Made by a program: the position numbers and the translations under genes. This document shows, piece by piece, positions 43,799 through 52,574 of a stretch of 64,000 bases of DNA. The stretch lies in assembly GCA_039028875.1 (NCBI GenBank), contig JBCCHE010000018.1, positions 9,834 through 73,833 of the forward strand, in the 5' to 3' direction. Position 1 is the stretch's first letter. Each line of letters opens with the position of its first letter. The stretch comes from Myxococcota bacterium (GTDB lineage Bacteria; Myxococcota_A; Polyangia; Polyangiales; Houyiibacteriaceae). Under the pieces are notes generated by a model, which did not search any database, was not told the DNA's origin, and saw only the letters and a program-made list of their open reading frames with translations.

Positions 43799-45184
43799 AT
43801 GCGCAACCATGCGGCGATTCGATGGACGCTCTGCGCGTCCTTTTTTCTCCTGTCCTGCGAACGAAACCAGGCGGCGCCGGAACCCACAGCCGAGGGAGCC
43901 CCGGCGCAACCGTCGGGCGACGCGGAAGCTACCGCCGAGGACGGCGCGCCCCGGGACAAGGACGTGGCTCCGGAACCATCGCCGCTGGGTGTCCCCGACT
44001 CGTTGCCGAAAAGCCTGTTGCTCGCGTTCTCGCAGTTTGAAGTTGTCGATGGGCAGGCGACGGCCAAGCCCGGTCCGGCGCGACTCGAGATTCTGACGCG
44101 AGAGGATGGAGCGTGGAAGACGCAAGTGATCGAGGATCCACAGAGCAACGTCTTTCACAAGGCCATGCCGCTGAAGCCCCGGGGGCAACCGCCTGGTATT
44201 CTGACGCTCGGCGGATCAGGCGCCCACGTGAAACTGTGGCGACCGGTTAAGGGAGAGCCCAAAGCGACGACGCTCTGGAGTGCGGAGTTCGGCGGCAAGT
44301 TCAACCGGATGCGCGACGCCGAGGTCGCGGATGTGTACGGAGACGGGACGGAGGAGCTCGTCGTGGCGACGCACGATCAAGGGGTCGTCGCCGTGATGCG
44401 ACAACGCCCCAAGAACAAGTGGAAAGTTGAGCGCATCGATCAGAAGAAGGACACCTTCGTTCACGAGATTGAGATTGGCGACCTCTCCGGCGATGGGGTG
44501 CTCGAGGTGTACGCGACCCCGAGCGACCCCAACAAGCTCGACGCGGAGGCCCAGCACGGCGAAGTCGTTCGGTACGTCCCGAAGACTGGCGAAGGACCGA
44601 CGGTCGTCGCCGACCTAGGGAACCGACACGCCAAGGAGATCTACGTCGGCGATGTCGACGGGGACGGACGCGACGAGCTCTACGTGGCCGTCGAGGCACT
44701 GACGAGGGGGCGTGGCGCCAGTCTCGAGATCGTGGAGCCAGTGGAGATTCGGAGATACGACGCGGACACTGCGCCGGACGCGGGTGCAGTCATCGCGACG
44801 ATCCCGGATCGCCTGTCGCGGTTCCTGACCGTGGGCGACGTCGACGGCGATGGGAAGAAGGCGATGGTGGTTGCGTCGTTCAGTACCGGGCTCTGGTTGT
44901 TGCGGCCGGGCAAGGACCCAAAGGGCGAGTGGGGCATCGAGAACATCGACCGGGATTCTGGGGGGTTCGAACACGCGGCCCTATTCGCAGACCTCGACGG
45001 TGACGGCATCGACGAGCTGTATGTCGCGGCTGACACCCAGGGGGAGCTGCGACGATACGTATGGGTCAACGGCAGGGCCAAGCGGGAGGTGATCCAGAAG
45101 CGAGACATCCCGATGTCGCGCATGACCTGGAACATCACCGAAGCCCCGAAGGACCCGTTTGCCGCGGTGCCTGAGACGAAATAG
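43799..45184 (+). CDS. FG-GAP/VCBS-repeat lipoprotein
   Basis: ORF-track 43799..45184. Lipobox FFLLSC. Five DxDxDG-type repeats (DVYGDGTEELVV, GDLSGDGVLEVY, GDVDGDGRDELYV, GDVDGDGKKAMVV, ADLDGDGIDELYV). Confidence 0.75.
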   Translation: MRNHAAIRWTLCASFFLLSCERNQAAPEPTAEGAPAQPSGDAEATAEDGAPRDKDVAPEPSPLGVPDSLPKSLLLAFSQFEVVDGQATAKPGPARLEILTREDGAWKTQVIEDPQSNVFHKAMPLKPRGQPPGILTLGGSGAHVKLWRPVKGEPKATTLWSAEFGGKFNRMRDAEVADVYGDGTEELVVATHDQGVVAVMRQRPKNKWKVERIDQKKDTFVHEIEIGDLSGDGVLEVYATPSDPNKLDAEAQHGEVVRYVPKTGEGPTVVADLGNRHAKEIYVGDVDGDGRDELYVAVEALTRGRGASLEIVEPVEIRRYDADTAPDAGAVIATIPDRLSRFLTVGDVDGDGKKAMVVASFSTGLWLLRPGKDPKGEWGIENIDRDSGGFEHAALFADLDGDGIDELYVAADTQGELRRYVWVNGRAKREVIQKRDIPMSRMTWNITEAPKDPFAAVPETK

Positions 45185-45202
45185 CGACGTGGCTGATGCG
45201 GC

Positions 45203-45739
45203 CTAGCGCTCGACGAGACGCGGGATGAGCTCTGCGAAGTTACAGGGTCGGTATCGGATGTCGAGTTGGTAGCGTAGGATCCCGTCCCATGCGTCTTGAC
45301 AGGCGCCCGGTGAACCTGGAAGCGCAAACAGATAGGTTCCCCGGGCGACGCCGGCCACGGCACGCGACTGGATCGTGGACGTACCGATCTTGTCGTAACT
45401 GAGCATTCGAAATAGCTCCCCGAAGCCCGGGATCGACTTCTCCCATATGGCTTCGAACGCTTCGGGGGTGACGTCTCGGGCGGTCACACCGGTCCCGCCC
45501 GTCGCGAGGACGACCTCGACATTGGGTTCGTTGACCCACCGCCGAAGTTGCACCTCGATGCGCTTTCGGTCGTCTGGCACGATGACCTTGTCCATCACGT
45601 GGTGGCCCGCGGTTTGGGCGAGCTCGACGAGGAGCGCTCCCGATTTGTCGGTCTCTTCGGTGCGCGTGTCAGACACCGTCATCACCGCGAGTCGCAGTCC
45701 CTTGAAGGGGATTGATTCGTCAAAGTGCGGGCCTGGCAT
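45203..45739 (-). CDS. moaB: molybdenum cofactor biosynthesis protein B (MoaB/MogA family)
   Basis: ORF-track 45203..45958. Start moved to ATG 45739 (MPGPHFDESIPFKGLRLAVMTVSDTR). Motifs ATGGTGVTARDVTPEA and LPGSPGA. Confidence 0.85.
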   Translation of the reverse strand: MPGPHFDESIPFKGLRLAVMTVSDTRTEETDKSGALLVELAQTAGHHVMDKVIVPDDRKRIEVQLRRWVNEPNVEVVLATGGTGVTARDVTPEAFEAIWEKSIPGFGELFRMLSYDKIGTSTIQSRAVAGVARGTYLFALPGSPGACQDAWDGILRYQLDIRYRPCNFAELIPRLVER

Positions 45740-45741
45740 GG

Positions 45742-46161
45742 TCAGTCCTCCACCTCGTGACTGAGTGCAGTCGCGAGTTTCTCGGCCTCTTCCGGATCGA
45801 GTTTGCCAGCTGGCCACTTGATGCCGAGCCCGTGGTCCTCGCTCGGGCGCGGAATGATGTGGAAGTGGACGTGAAAGACCGCCTGGTGGGCCAGCGGCCC
45901 GTTGTTCTGCAGAACGTTGTACTGCTCGATCCCGGTGACCTTCTTGATCGCGCGACACAACCTCGGGAGCACACGACCGATGGCGGCCGCGGAGTCGTCG
46001 GACAACTGGTCGAGGGTCGCGACCTCCTCTTTCGGGATCACGAGGGTGTGACCGTAGCTCAGGGGGCCGATGTCGAGGAAGGCGAGGACGTGCGCATCCT
46101 CGTAGACCTTATGACAGGGGATGTCCCCACGGAGAATCTTGCTGAAGATCGTGTCGGCCAT
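45742..46161 (-). CDS. HIT-family (histidine triad) nucleotide hydrolase
   Basis: ORF-track 45742..46161. N-terminus IFSKILRGDIPCHKVYED. Histidine triad HVHFHIIP. Confidence 0.9.
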   Translation of the reverse strand: MADTIFSKILRGDIPCHKVYEDAHVLAFLDIGPLSYGHTLVIPKEEVATLDQLSDDSAAAIGRVLPRLCRAIKKVTGIEQYNVLQNNGPLAHQAVFHVHFHIIPRPSEDHGLGIKWPAGKLDPEEAEKLATALSHEVED

Positions 46162-46257
46162 CGCCCGGAGCTTATACGCTCGCCCAGGGGCAGACTAGAC
46201 CCGGTCGAGGCGGTTCCCACCTTTACCGATGGGTTCATCAGCACTAGGGTCGTCGCC

Positions 46258-47193
46258 ATGAAAAGTCTTCCCTTGACGCAGCTCATCGGCCTTCTGGCCG
46301 TATCTCTTGCCTTTGGATGCGGCGATGGTTCGTCGGGCACGGACGGGACCGGGGGCACCGATGTTGTGTTCTCCGCCGACCCGCCCCTCGTCCTCGACGC
46401 CGGAGAGAGGCCGGCAGAGGTCGCCATCCCGGGCGACTACGACCCGGAGGTCACCTACCCGTTGCTGGTGATCCTCCACGGCGCGGGCGTCACTGGGTCA
46501 ATCCAGGCGGGTTTCTTCCGACTGTTCGACGCGGTCGATGAGCAACAGTTCGTGCTGGTGTATCCGGACGGGATCAACAACGTATGGAACGCGACCGATG
46601 CGTGCTGTGATCCGACCAGGTCTGTCGACGACGTCGACTACATCAGCGGGCTCATCGAGGAGGCCCTCCAGACCTACAACACCGACCCCGACCGTGTGTA
46701 CCTGATGGGGCACTCGAACGGCGGGTTCATGTCATTTCGGATGGCATGTGAGCGGTCGGACCTGGTGACGGGTATCGTCACCCTGGCGGCCTCCGTCTTC
46801 CAGATGCCCGAGGACTGCCAGCCGTCCGAACTCCCGGTCAGCGCGCTGATGGTGCACGGGACCGACGATCCAACGATCCTCTTCGAGGGAGGAAGCACAG
46901 GACTTGGCCCGTACCCGAGTGCGGATGAGACCGTCGCCCGGCTCGCCACGAGAGCGGGGTGCGATCTCGGCGACACGACCGCGCTCGACAACATCGACTT
47001 GTCGGGGGACTGGGATGGCGCCGAAACCGAGCGCGTCGTCTACAACAGCTGCGACGAAGGGCTGCAGATCGAACGTTGGACCTTGCGGCAGGAAATCGGG
47101 TGCTCCTCGTTCACCTGCAACCCGCACATCCCGGTGTTCACGGCGGATTGGGCGGAGCGGACGACGGACTGGCTGTTCGCGCTTAGTCGCTGA
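46258..47193 (+). CDS. PHB-depolymerase/LpqC-like esterase lipoprotein
   Basis: ORF-track 45712..47193. Start moved to ATG 46258 (MKSLPLTQLIGLLAVSLAFGC, lipobox). Nucleophile elbow GHSNGG. The upstream part of the ORF is antisense to the HIT/moaB genes. Confidence 0.75.
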   Translation: MKSLPLTQLIGLLAVSLAFGCGDGSSGTDGTGGTDVVFSADPPLVLDAGERPAEVAIPGDYDPEVTYPLLVILHGAGVTGSIQAGFFRLFDAVDEQQFVLVYPDGINNVWNATDACCDPTRSVDDVDYISGLIEEALQTYNTDPDRVYLMGHSNGGFMSFRMACERSDLVTGIVTLAASVFQMPEDCQPSELPVSALMVHGTDDPTILFEGGSTGLGPYPSADETVARLATRAGCDLGDTTALDNIDLSGDWDGAETERVVYNSCDEGLQIERWTLRQEIGCSSFTCNPHIPVFTADWAERTTDWLFALSR

Positions 47194-47195
47194 GC

Positions 47196-47281
47196 GGGTT
47201 TTCGCGGTGCGGCGTGCAAGTATCTGAACTTGCTTGTGATTTGGGGGGGCGGAGTGACCCCGGGGTTAGAGGGTGCGGAGG
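47196..47281 (+). repeat. repeat family copy C (66-nt core 47196..47261, extended to about 47281)
   Basis: GGGTTTTCGCGGTGCGG (47196-47212) ... TGGGGGGGCGGAGTGACCCC (47242-47261), then GGGGTTAGAGGGTGCGGAGGT. Fills the gap between two convergent stop codons (47191-93 and 47266-68). Confidence 0.8.
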
Positions 47282-48720
47282 TGGGCGATTAGGGACTGTT
47301 TTTCTTCGTTGGTGAGGTTGTCGCAGGTGTAGGGGTGGCCTTGGTCGCTGAAGGGGGAGGCCGTGATTGTTGGGCGGTTGGTGCCTAGGCAGAAGAGCGC
47401 CTCGAGGGTGTCGATCGAACCGTTGTGGAGGAGGCGCTTGGCCGACCAGACGCCGACGAGGCGCTGGGCCCGAATGCCGCCAGTCAGTGAGTCGCGACCG
47501 GTCAGGTCGATGTCGCAGCAAGGCCGGCCGTCGAGATCCGGGTCGAGCCAGCGTTGCATTGCAGCGTCGGTTCCGATTTCGTCGAACCCGTAGACCACTC
47601 GGCTCGACCCTCGCGCGCCGTCGTGACAGTCCGCGCACCCGGCGCTCACGAACAACTCGGCGCCACGGTCGGCCAAGTCGGCTGGAGGTGGGCTCAGATT
47701 GTCTGGCGCCCGAAGCGACAACAAGAAGTCTTCGAGCGGGCCGAGACGTTCGTCGGTCCACGCCTCGGTGTCGCCTCCTCCAAGAACGACGAAGCCCTGA
47801 AGGAAGTTCAACACACTGGTCGAGACGCCCGTATGGCCGAGCAATGCGCCGTCCATCCCGAAGGCGTCGACCTCGTCGTCACTCGCGATGCCCCAAAGTG
47901 ACATGATCTTGCTGACGGTGTGGACCCCATCGTCGATCGGTAGGGGAACGATCACGAAGTCCATCGTCCCCGGCTTCCACGCGGCGTACTGCGATTGTAG
48001 CTCCGGTGTGAAATCGGGCAGACCCACCCCCGACCCGGCGAGCGGCGCGAGCGCGGCCAGCATTCGCGTCTCGATGGTCGGGTCCGCCTCCATCTCGGCG
48101 AGGTAAGGCGCGAGTACCGCGGCGGCGCTCGGCTCCGGTTCGGTCCCAAGCAGCGCACTGAGCGGCAAGACCGCGCTCGCCAGGTCCATCTCGCCATACT
48201 CGTAGTCGTGGTTGGGGGCGCCGACTGCGTAGCGGCCGTCCGAAAGCTGGCCGAAGTGACAGCTCGCGCAGGTGAACGCCAACGCCGGGACGCCCTCGGC
48301 GGATTCGCGTCCCGGTCCGAAACCAAGCGGCAGCCCCGTTTCCGAGGTCGGGTCGGGAATCATGCCAACCCCCGATGCCCCGGGGCCCAATTGATTTGGG
48401 AACAGGTCGAGCATGGTGGTGAGCAAGACAGTGGGGACGCCGACCGTGTCGAAGCCCTCGTAGAAGAACATCTCTTTGCCACAAAGAAGGCGCTGCCTAC
48501 GCGTCGCGTCTCCGACAGACACATCGGACCAGTAGGCGTCGCAAGAGCCGGCGAGCGCGCCGCCCTCGAGTACCGCCATGAGGTCCGACGACAGGTTGGT
48601 GAGCCCTTCGCTCGTGTCCGCCTGCGGTGCGAACGGGCCACTGGAAAAGGAGGTGCCACCGCTGCACGCTGAAACGAGCAGCGCGGCGCTCACCAACGTA
48701 GCGAACAGCACCATCCTCAT
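47266..48720 (-). CDS. di-haem cytochrome-c-peroxidase-like lipoprotein (two CxxCH)
   Basis: ORF-track 47266..48780. Start moved to ATG 48720 (MRMVLFATLVSAALLVSAC, lipobox). Haem motifs CASCH and CADCH. Confidence 0.75.
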   Translation of the reverse strand: MRMVLFATLVSAALLVSACSGGTSFSSGPFAPQADTSEGLTNLSSDLMAVLEGGALAGSCDAYWSDVSVGDATRRQRLLCGKEMFFYEGFDTVGVPTVLLTTMLDLFPNQLGPGASGVGMIPDPTSETGLPLGFGPGRESAEGVPALAFTCASCHFGQLSDGRYAVGAPNHDYEYGEMDLASAVLPLSALLGTEPEPSAAAVLAPYLAEMEADPTIETRMLAALAPLAGSGVGLPDFTPELQSQYAAWKPGTMDFVIVPLPIDDGVHTVSKIMSLWGIASDDEVDAFGMDGALLGHTGVSTSVLNFLQGFVVLGGGDTEAWTDERLGPLEDFLLSLRAPDNLSPPPADLADRGAELFVSAGCADCHDGARGSSRVVYGFDEIGTDAAMQRWLDPDLDGRPCCDIDLTGRDSLTGGIRAQRLVGVWSAKRLLHNGSIDTLEALFCLGTNRPTITASPFSDQGHPYTCDNLTNEEKQSLIAHLRTL

Positions 48721-48792
48721 CCGAACCTCACGGGCGACCCGGCGAGCCGATGTGTACCATGCGCGCGCTCCGAATCCCAACCGCAGTAGCGC

Positions 48793-50049
48793 CTACGGCG
48801 CGGGAAACTCGTTGACCGCGTCCTGCTTGCGCCAATAGCGACGATGCAGCCAAGGCCGCCGTCCACCCTCGACACGGCAAACCCGAGAGAACCATGCCCG
48901 CGTGTGATGAAGGTGGTCCGCCCACAACGCCGCGGGGTCGACTCTTGGGGCGAGGCAAGCGTCTTGGAAGCGGCTGCGATCGTCCGACAGCGCTGCACGA
49001 CGGTCGGTGTAGTTCTCGAGGCATGCGCGATGTAGGCGCTCGTGGGCCCACCAGAGATCCCGCTCGCGAAAACGAGTATCTTTGACCCGACGCGGGACAA
49101 ACAAGACCGGATCAAACGGGGTGGGCTTGAAGACGCTCAAACACGGCGACGACGTTCCGGTCGCCCAAACCGTTGCCCCAGTGTCGTCGAGCCGAGCGAT
49201 CATGGAAGAGGTGGTTTGAGCGGCGTGCATCGTCGCGGGCCAGCCAGCGTGCGCACATGGGGATTCGCTCCGCCAGCCCCGACCCGGCTGCACGCCCGCA
49301 TGGTCGCTGAGCGCGTCGATGAACTGGGAGAGCGCAGGACGTGGATAGCCGCCAATCGCCGACGCGGTACACGCCCGGCGAGTGGCTGCACCAGTCAGGC
49401 TCGTCATGAAGCGATCGGAGAACGCATCGGCGAACCGGAAGGTTTGGTTCTTGTCGAGCCAGCCGCGGGTCCGCGCGTACGACGCGGCGCCCCGATGCAC
49501 CCGGTCGTAGTCGTCTTGGATCGTGAGGCCGTTGGAGATCGACGCAACGCCCCTGACACGCCTCGCGGCCCAGTAGTGCCCGGCCGTTTCGAGAACCCAT
49601 GCCCCGTGGCGGTCCGCGACGACGAACGAACTGTGGTAGCGAAATCCGCGTTGCTGGTGCCCCATCGGGCCACCCTGGAGGAGGTTCTCGGTGAGCTCGA
49701 TCAACTGCTCAAGTGCATCTGCGGCGCTTCGGCACGAACCAAGGGCGACCCGCAAGAAGTCCATCCCGGAATGGCCCGTCCTCTCGACGGGGAGTCGCGT
49801 GAACACGGCTTCGTTGCCGATCACCACGCCGTGTTCGTTGGCCCCGATCTCGGCCCCCCACATCCAGGCGGGACGGCTCACGAGAACGCGACCGTGGTCT
49901 TCCGCACCCGGCAAGCCGCGAGGACGCGCGATGGCCGACGACGAGCGGTCGTGGCATTCGATGAACTGCGCCTCGCTCGGTTCGCGATTGCTGTTCTTGC
50001 CAAACCAGACCGCTCCTTGCTCAGGAACGAAGACCACAGTGTCACACAC
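48793..50049 (-). CDS. C69-family (secernin-like) Ntn-hydrolase dipeptidase
   Basis: ORF-track 48793..50238. Start placed at GTG 50049, directly before the Cys codon, giving (M)CDTVVFVPEQGAVWFGKNSNREPSEAQ, the typical family N-terminus with Cys as nucleophile. Confidence 0.7.
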   Translation of the reverse strand: MCDTVVFVPEQGAVWFGKNSNREPSEAQFIECHDRSSSAIARPRGLPGAEDHGRVLVSRPAWMWGAEIGANEHGVVIGNEAVFTRLPVERTGHSGMDFLRVALGSCRSAADALEQLIELTENLLQGGPMGHQQRGFRYHSSFVVADRHGAWVLETAGHYWAARRVRGVASISNGLTIQDDYDRVHRGAASYARTRGWLDKNQTFRFADAFSDRFMTSLTGAATRRACTASAIGGYPRPALSQFIDALSDHAGVQPGRGWRSESPCAHAGWPATMHAAQTTSSMIARLDDTGATVWATGTSSPCLSVFKPTPFDPVLFVPRRVKDTRFRERDLWWAHERLHRACLENYTDRRAALSDDRSRFQDACLAPRVDPAALWADHLHHTRAWFSRVCRVEGGRRPWLHRRYWRKQDAVNEFPAP

Positions 50050-50135
50050 GACGTCGACCTCGCGTTTCGAGCGCGGACGGTAGCACGCGGGAACCAGCCG
50101 ACACGAGCCGCCATATGGCGTACACTCGCGCCTCC

Positions 50136-51068
50136 ATGAAGCAGTACTTTCTTTCTTTGGCTGCGGCGTTGACGGTCGCGGCGGTTGGGTGTGGTGACGG
50201 CTCGAGCGGGGCTGGCGGCGACGGCGGCACGGGGGCAACCGCTGGAGACGACGGGACCGGAGCGACGGGCGGAGAGCCTTGGGTGCTCAGCGTTCCCATC
50301 GACGAAGCGCGGCAAGTCGATGATCGCGAATACCAGCTCTACGTGCCCTCGGGCCTCGACCTCAACGAACCCACGCCGTTGGTGCTCAGTTTTCACGGAT
50401 CGACGCCCGGCGACATGCCTGCATCGGTGCTCCAACGTGGCGTGAGTGGTGGCAACCCCCACGCCCAAGACAACGGCTACATCATCGTCTACCCACAGGG
50501 GCTCGTCCGCGGACAGAACCAAGGCTGGGACACGGGCCCGATCAGCGCCGACATCGACTTCGTCGACACGATCATCGCCGAACTCGATGACGAGTTCGGG
50601 ATCGACGAACGCCGAATCTACGCGGGCGGCATCTCGAACGGAGGCGCGTTCTCCTACACACTGGCCTGTACGCGAGGCGAGGTCTTCGCGGCGATTGCCC
50701 CCGTTGCAGGCGCGCTTCCAACGGACTGCCCGCTGGTCGAACTGATCCCCGCGATCGTCTTTCACGGGACCGACGACGAACTCGTGTCCTACGACCGGGG
50801 CTCGACGAGTGCCGAGGCTTGGGCGCTTCGCAACCGGTGTGCCGAGCGTACTGAGACGGTGTTCGAGAACGGCGACAGTACCTGCGAGGCTTGGATCGAT
50901 TGCCAAACGCCCGCCGATGTCGAGCTATGCACCGTGGACGGTGGAGGCCACACGTGGCCGGGGAGCCCCTTCGCCGATATCTTCGAGAGCTTCGGGGTGG
51001 GGTTCACGACCCAAGACCTCGACGCAACCGACCGCATGTGGGCGTTCTTTCGAGCGCACCCGAAGTAG
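50136..51068 (+). CDS. PHB-depolymerase/LpqC-like esterase lipoprotein (paralog of 46258..47193)
   Basis: ORF-track 50115..51068. ATG 50136 gives MKQYFLSLAAALTVAAVGC (lipobox). Nucleophile elbow GISNGG. Also FHGTDD and GGGHTWPG. Confidence 0.8.
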   Translation: MKQYFLSLAAALTVAAVGCGDGSSGAGGDGGTGATAGDDGTGATGGEPWVLSVPIDEARQVDDREYQLYVPSGLDLNEPTPLVLSFHGSTPGDMPASVLQRGVSGGNPHAQDNGYIIVYPQGLVRGQNQGWDTGPISADIDFVDTIIAELDDEFGIDERRIYAGGISNGGAFSYTLACTRGEVFAAIAPVAGALPTDCPLVELIPAIVFHGTDDELVSYDRGSTSAEAWALRNRCAERTETVFENGDSTCEAWIDCQTPADVELCTVDGGGHTWPGSPFADIFESFGVGFTTQDLDATDRMWAFFRAHPK

Positions 51069-51077
51069 CACTCGCCT

Positions 51078-51542
51078 TCAGCTCGTGTGGAACTGATAGC
51101 GCGCGCCCATTCGGGGCGCCCCAAACTCGGGGAACTTCACGTCTTCGACGACGCCCACGATGCACGTTCGAAAACGAGGGCTTCCTGGCGATACAGTTGC
51201 ACCCTGAACCGTGCCGTTTCCGAGGATCGCAATGTCGATGGTCACGGTGTCGAGCTTGCCGCCACGCTGATACTCGGAGACCACACATCGTTGGAACATG
51301 GTGTCGAGATGTCGGTCCATCTCAGCGACGACTTCCGTGTCGCTCAGCTGTCCTTCGGGACACTCGTCGGTCGCGTCGCCGACCTCGACCGGCTTCTGCA
51401 TCGCTTCGTCGTAGGACATGAGCGCGGCCTGACTGCTCCGGACTCCGGGAGACGACGCAGGAGCCTGGCTACCGCCGCAGGCTGAGACAAGAAGTCCCGC
51501 AGCACAAAGTGCCACGTTCCGCCAAACTCGAGTTCCCCTCAT
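51078..51542 (-). CDS. lipoprotein with AgmX/PglI-type (TonB-C-like) C-terminal domain
   Basis: ORF-track 51078..51914. Start moved to ATG 51542 (MRGTRVWRNVALCAAGLLVSAC, lipobox). C-terminal FQRCVV...GKLDTVTIDIAILGNGTVQGATV...FRTCIVGVVEDVKFPEF. Confidence 0.65.
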   Translation of the reverse strand: MRGTRVWRNVALCAAGLLVSACGGSQAPASSPGVRSSQAALMSYDEAMQKPVEVGDATDECPEGQLSDTEVVAEMDRHLDTMFQRCVVSEYQRGGKLDTVTIDIAILGNGTVQGATVSPGSPRFRTCIVGVVEDVKFPEFGAPRMGARYQFHTS

Positions 51543-51642
51543 GGCTCCAGGGTAGCGAGCCAGTCGACGACCCCCCAAACGGGGTCCCTCTTGGTTCCGT
51601 CTCAAACACGGGAATATCGAGCCCTTCTGGTAGGATGGCCGC

Positions 51643-52557
51643 ATGCCACGGGCGCTCTTGGTCGGGTTGCTGCTTGGGCTGATCGGATGTCGATCGGCCG
51701 CAGAGCCCGCCACCGCAGAGACACCCGAGCCCGAGCCCTCAAAGGGGGCTGCCGAAGTCGCGGAGGACATCCCCCCCGAGCTTGCACAACCGATCGAGGA
51801 ACGCCTTGCCGAGGTGCCACCGCAAGATCCGAATGCATGGCTTCGCGAGATCGAGAAAGACCCGATCGCTGCGCTCGACAAGCTCGACCCCGGAGCCCTC
51901 TCGCCGAGCCGCACAGGACGTCCCTCGGCCCCCAGTCAGAATCAGATTCGACCAACATCACGGCCGGGTCCGGCAGTCGCGAAATACAACGCAAAGGCCC
52001 CGCTCGAAGGTTGGCCTCCGGTGGTCGGTCGTCCTTATCCGGAGATCGCACTCCTCGACCAAAGCGGGAGGGTCACCTCGCTGAGCGAGCTCCGGGGCAA
52101 GGTCGTACTCGTCGAGTTGGTCGGGATGACGTGCAAAGCGTGTCACGCGTTCGCCGGTGGCAACGAGCCGTCGACCGGACGCTTCCGCAGCATCACCCCA
52201 CAGAAGGGGCTTGGGTCGATCGATCACTACGCCCAGCGGTTTGGAAAACTCTCGCTAGACCACCCCGACGTGGTGTTTGTGCAACTCGTGTTGTACGGCA
52301 TGGACGGACAGACCCCGCCATCGCTCGAAGACATCCAGGCTTGGTCGCGGCACTTCGGCATGGACCGGTACCGCAACGAGATCGTGCTTCTCGGCGACGA
52401 GCGCTTCATCAGCCCGCAAACACGGCGATTGATCCCCGGGTTTCATCTCATCGACCGGCAGGGGATCCTGAGGGCGATGAACAGCAACGACCCGCGAAGC
52501 GACAACCTCTACACGTCGCTGCTGCCGAGCATGGGACAGCTTGCCAACACGCGATAG
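51643..52557 (+). CDS. thioredoxin-fold (TlpA/redoxin-like) lipoprotein with CxxC
   Basis: ORF-track 51643..52557. Lipobox LLLGLIGC. P/E-rich linker. Redoxin-like LRGKVVLVELVGMTCKACHAF. Confidence 0.65.
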   Translation: MPRALLVGLLLGLIGCRSAAEPATAETPEPEPSKGAAEVAEDIPPELAQPIEERLAEVPPQDPNAWLREIEKDPIAALDKLDPGALSPSRTGRPSAPSQNQIRPTSRPGPAVAKYNAKAPLEGWPPVVGRPYPEIALLDQSGRVTSLSELRGKVVLVELVGMTCKACHAFAGGNEPSTGRFRSITPQKGLGSIDHYAQRFGKLSLDHPDVVFVQLVLYGMDGQTPPSLEDIQAWSRHFGMDRYRNEIVLLGDERFISPQTRRLIPGFHLIDRQGILRAMNSNDPRSDNLYTSLLPSMGQLANTR

Positions 52558-52574
52558 GCTGCGGCCAGCCTGGG

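Noticed and set aside
46162-46257. Possible Moco riboswitch upstream of the HIT-moaB operon
   Set aside because: The region is only 96 bp, and I see none of the conserved Moco-motif blocks.
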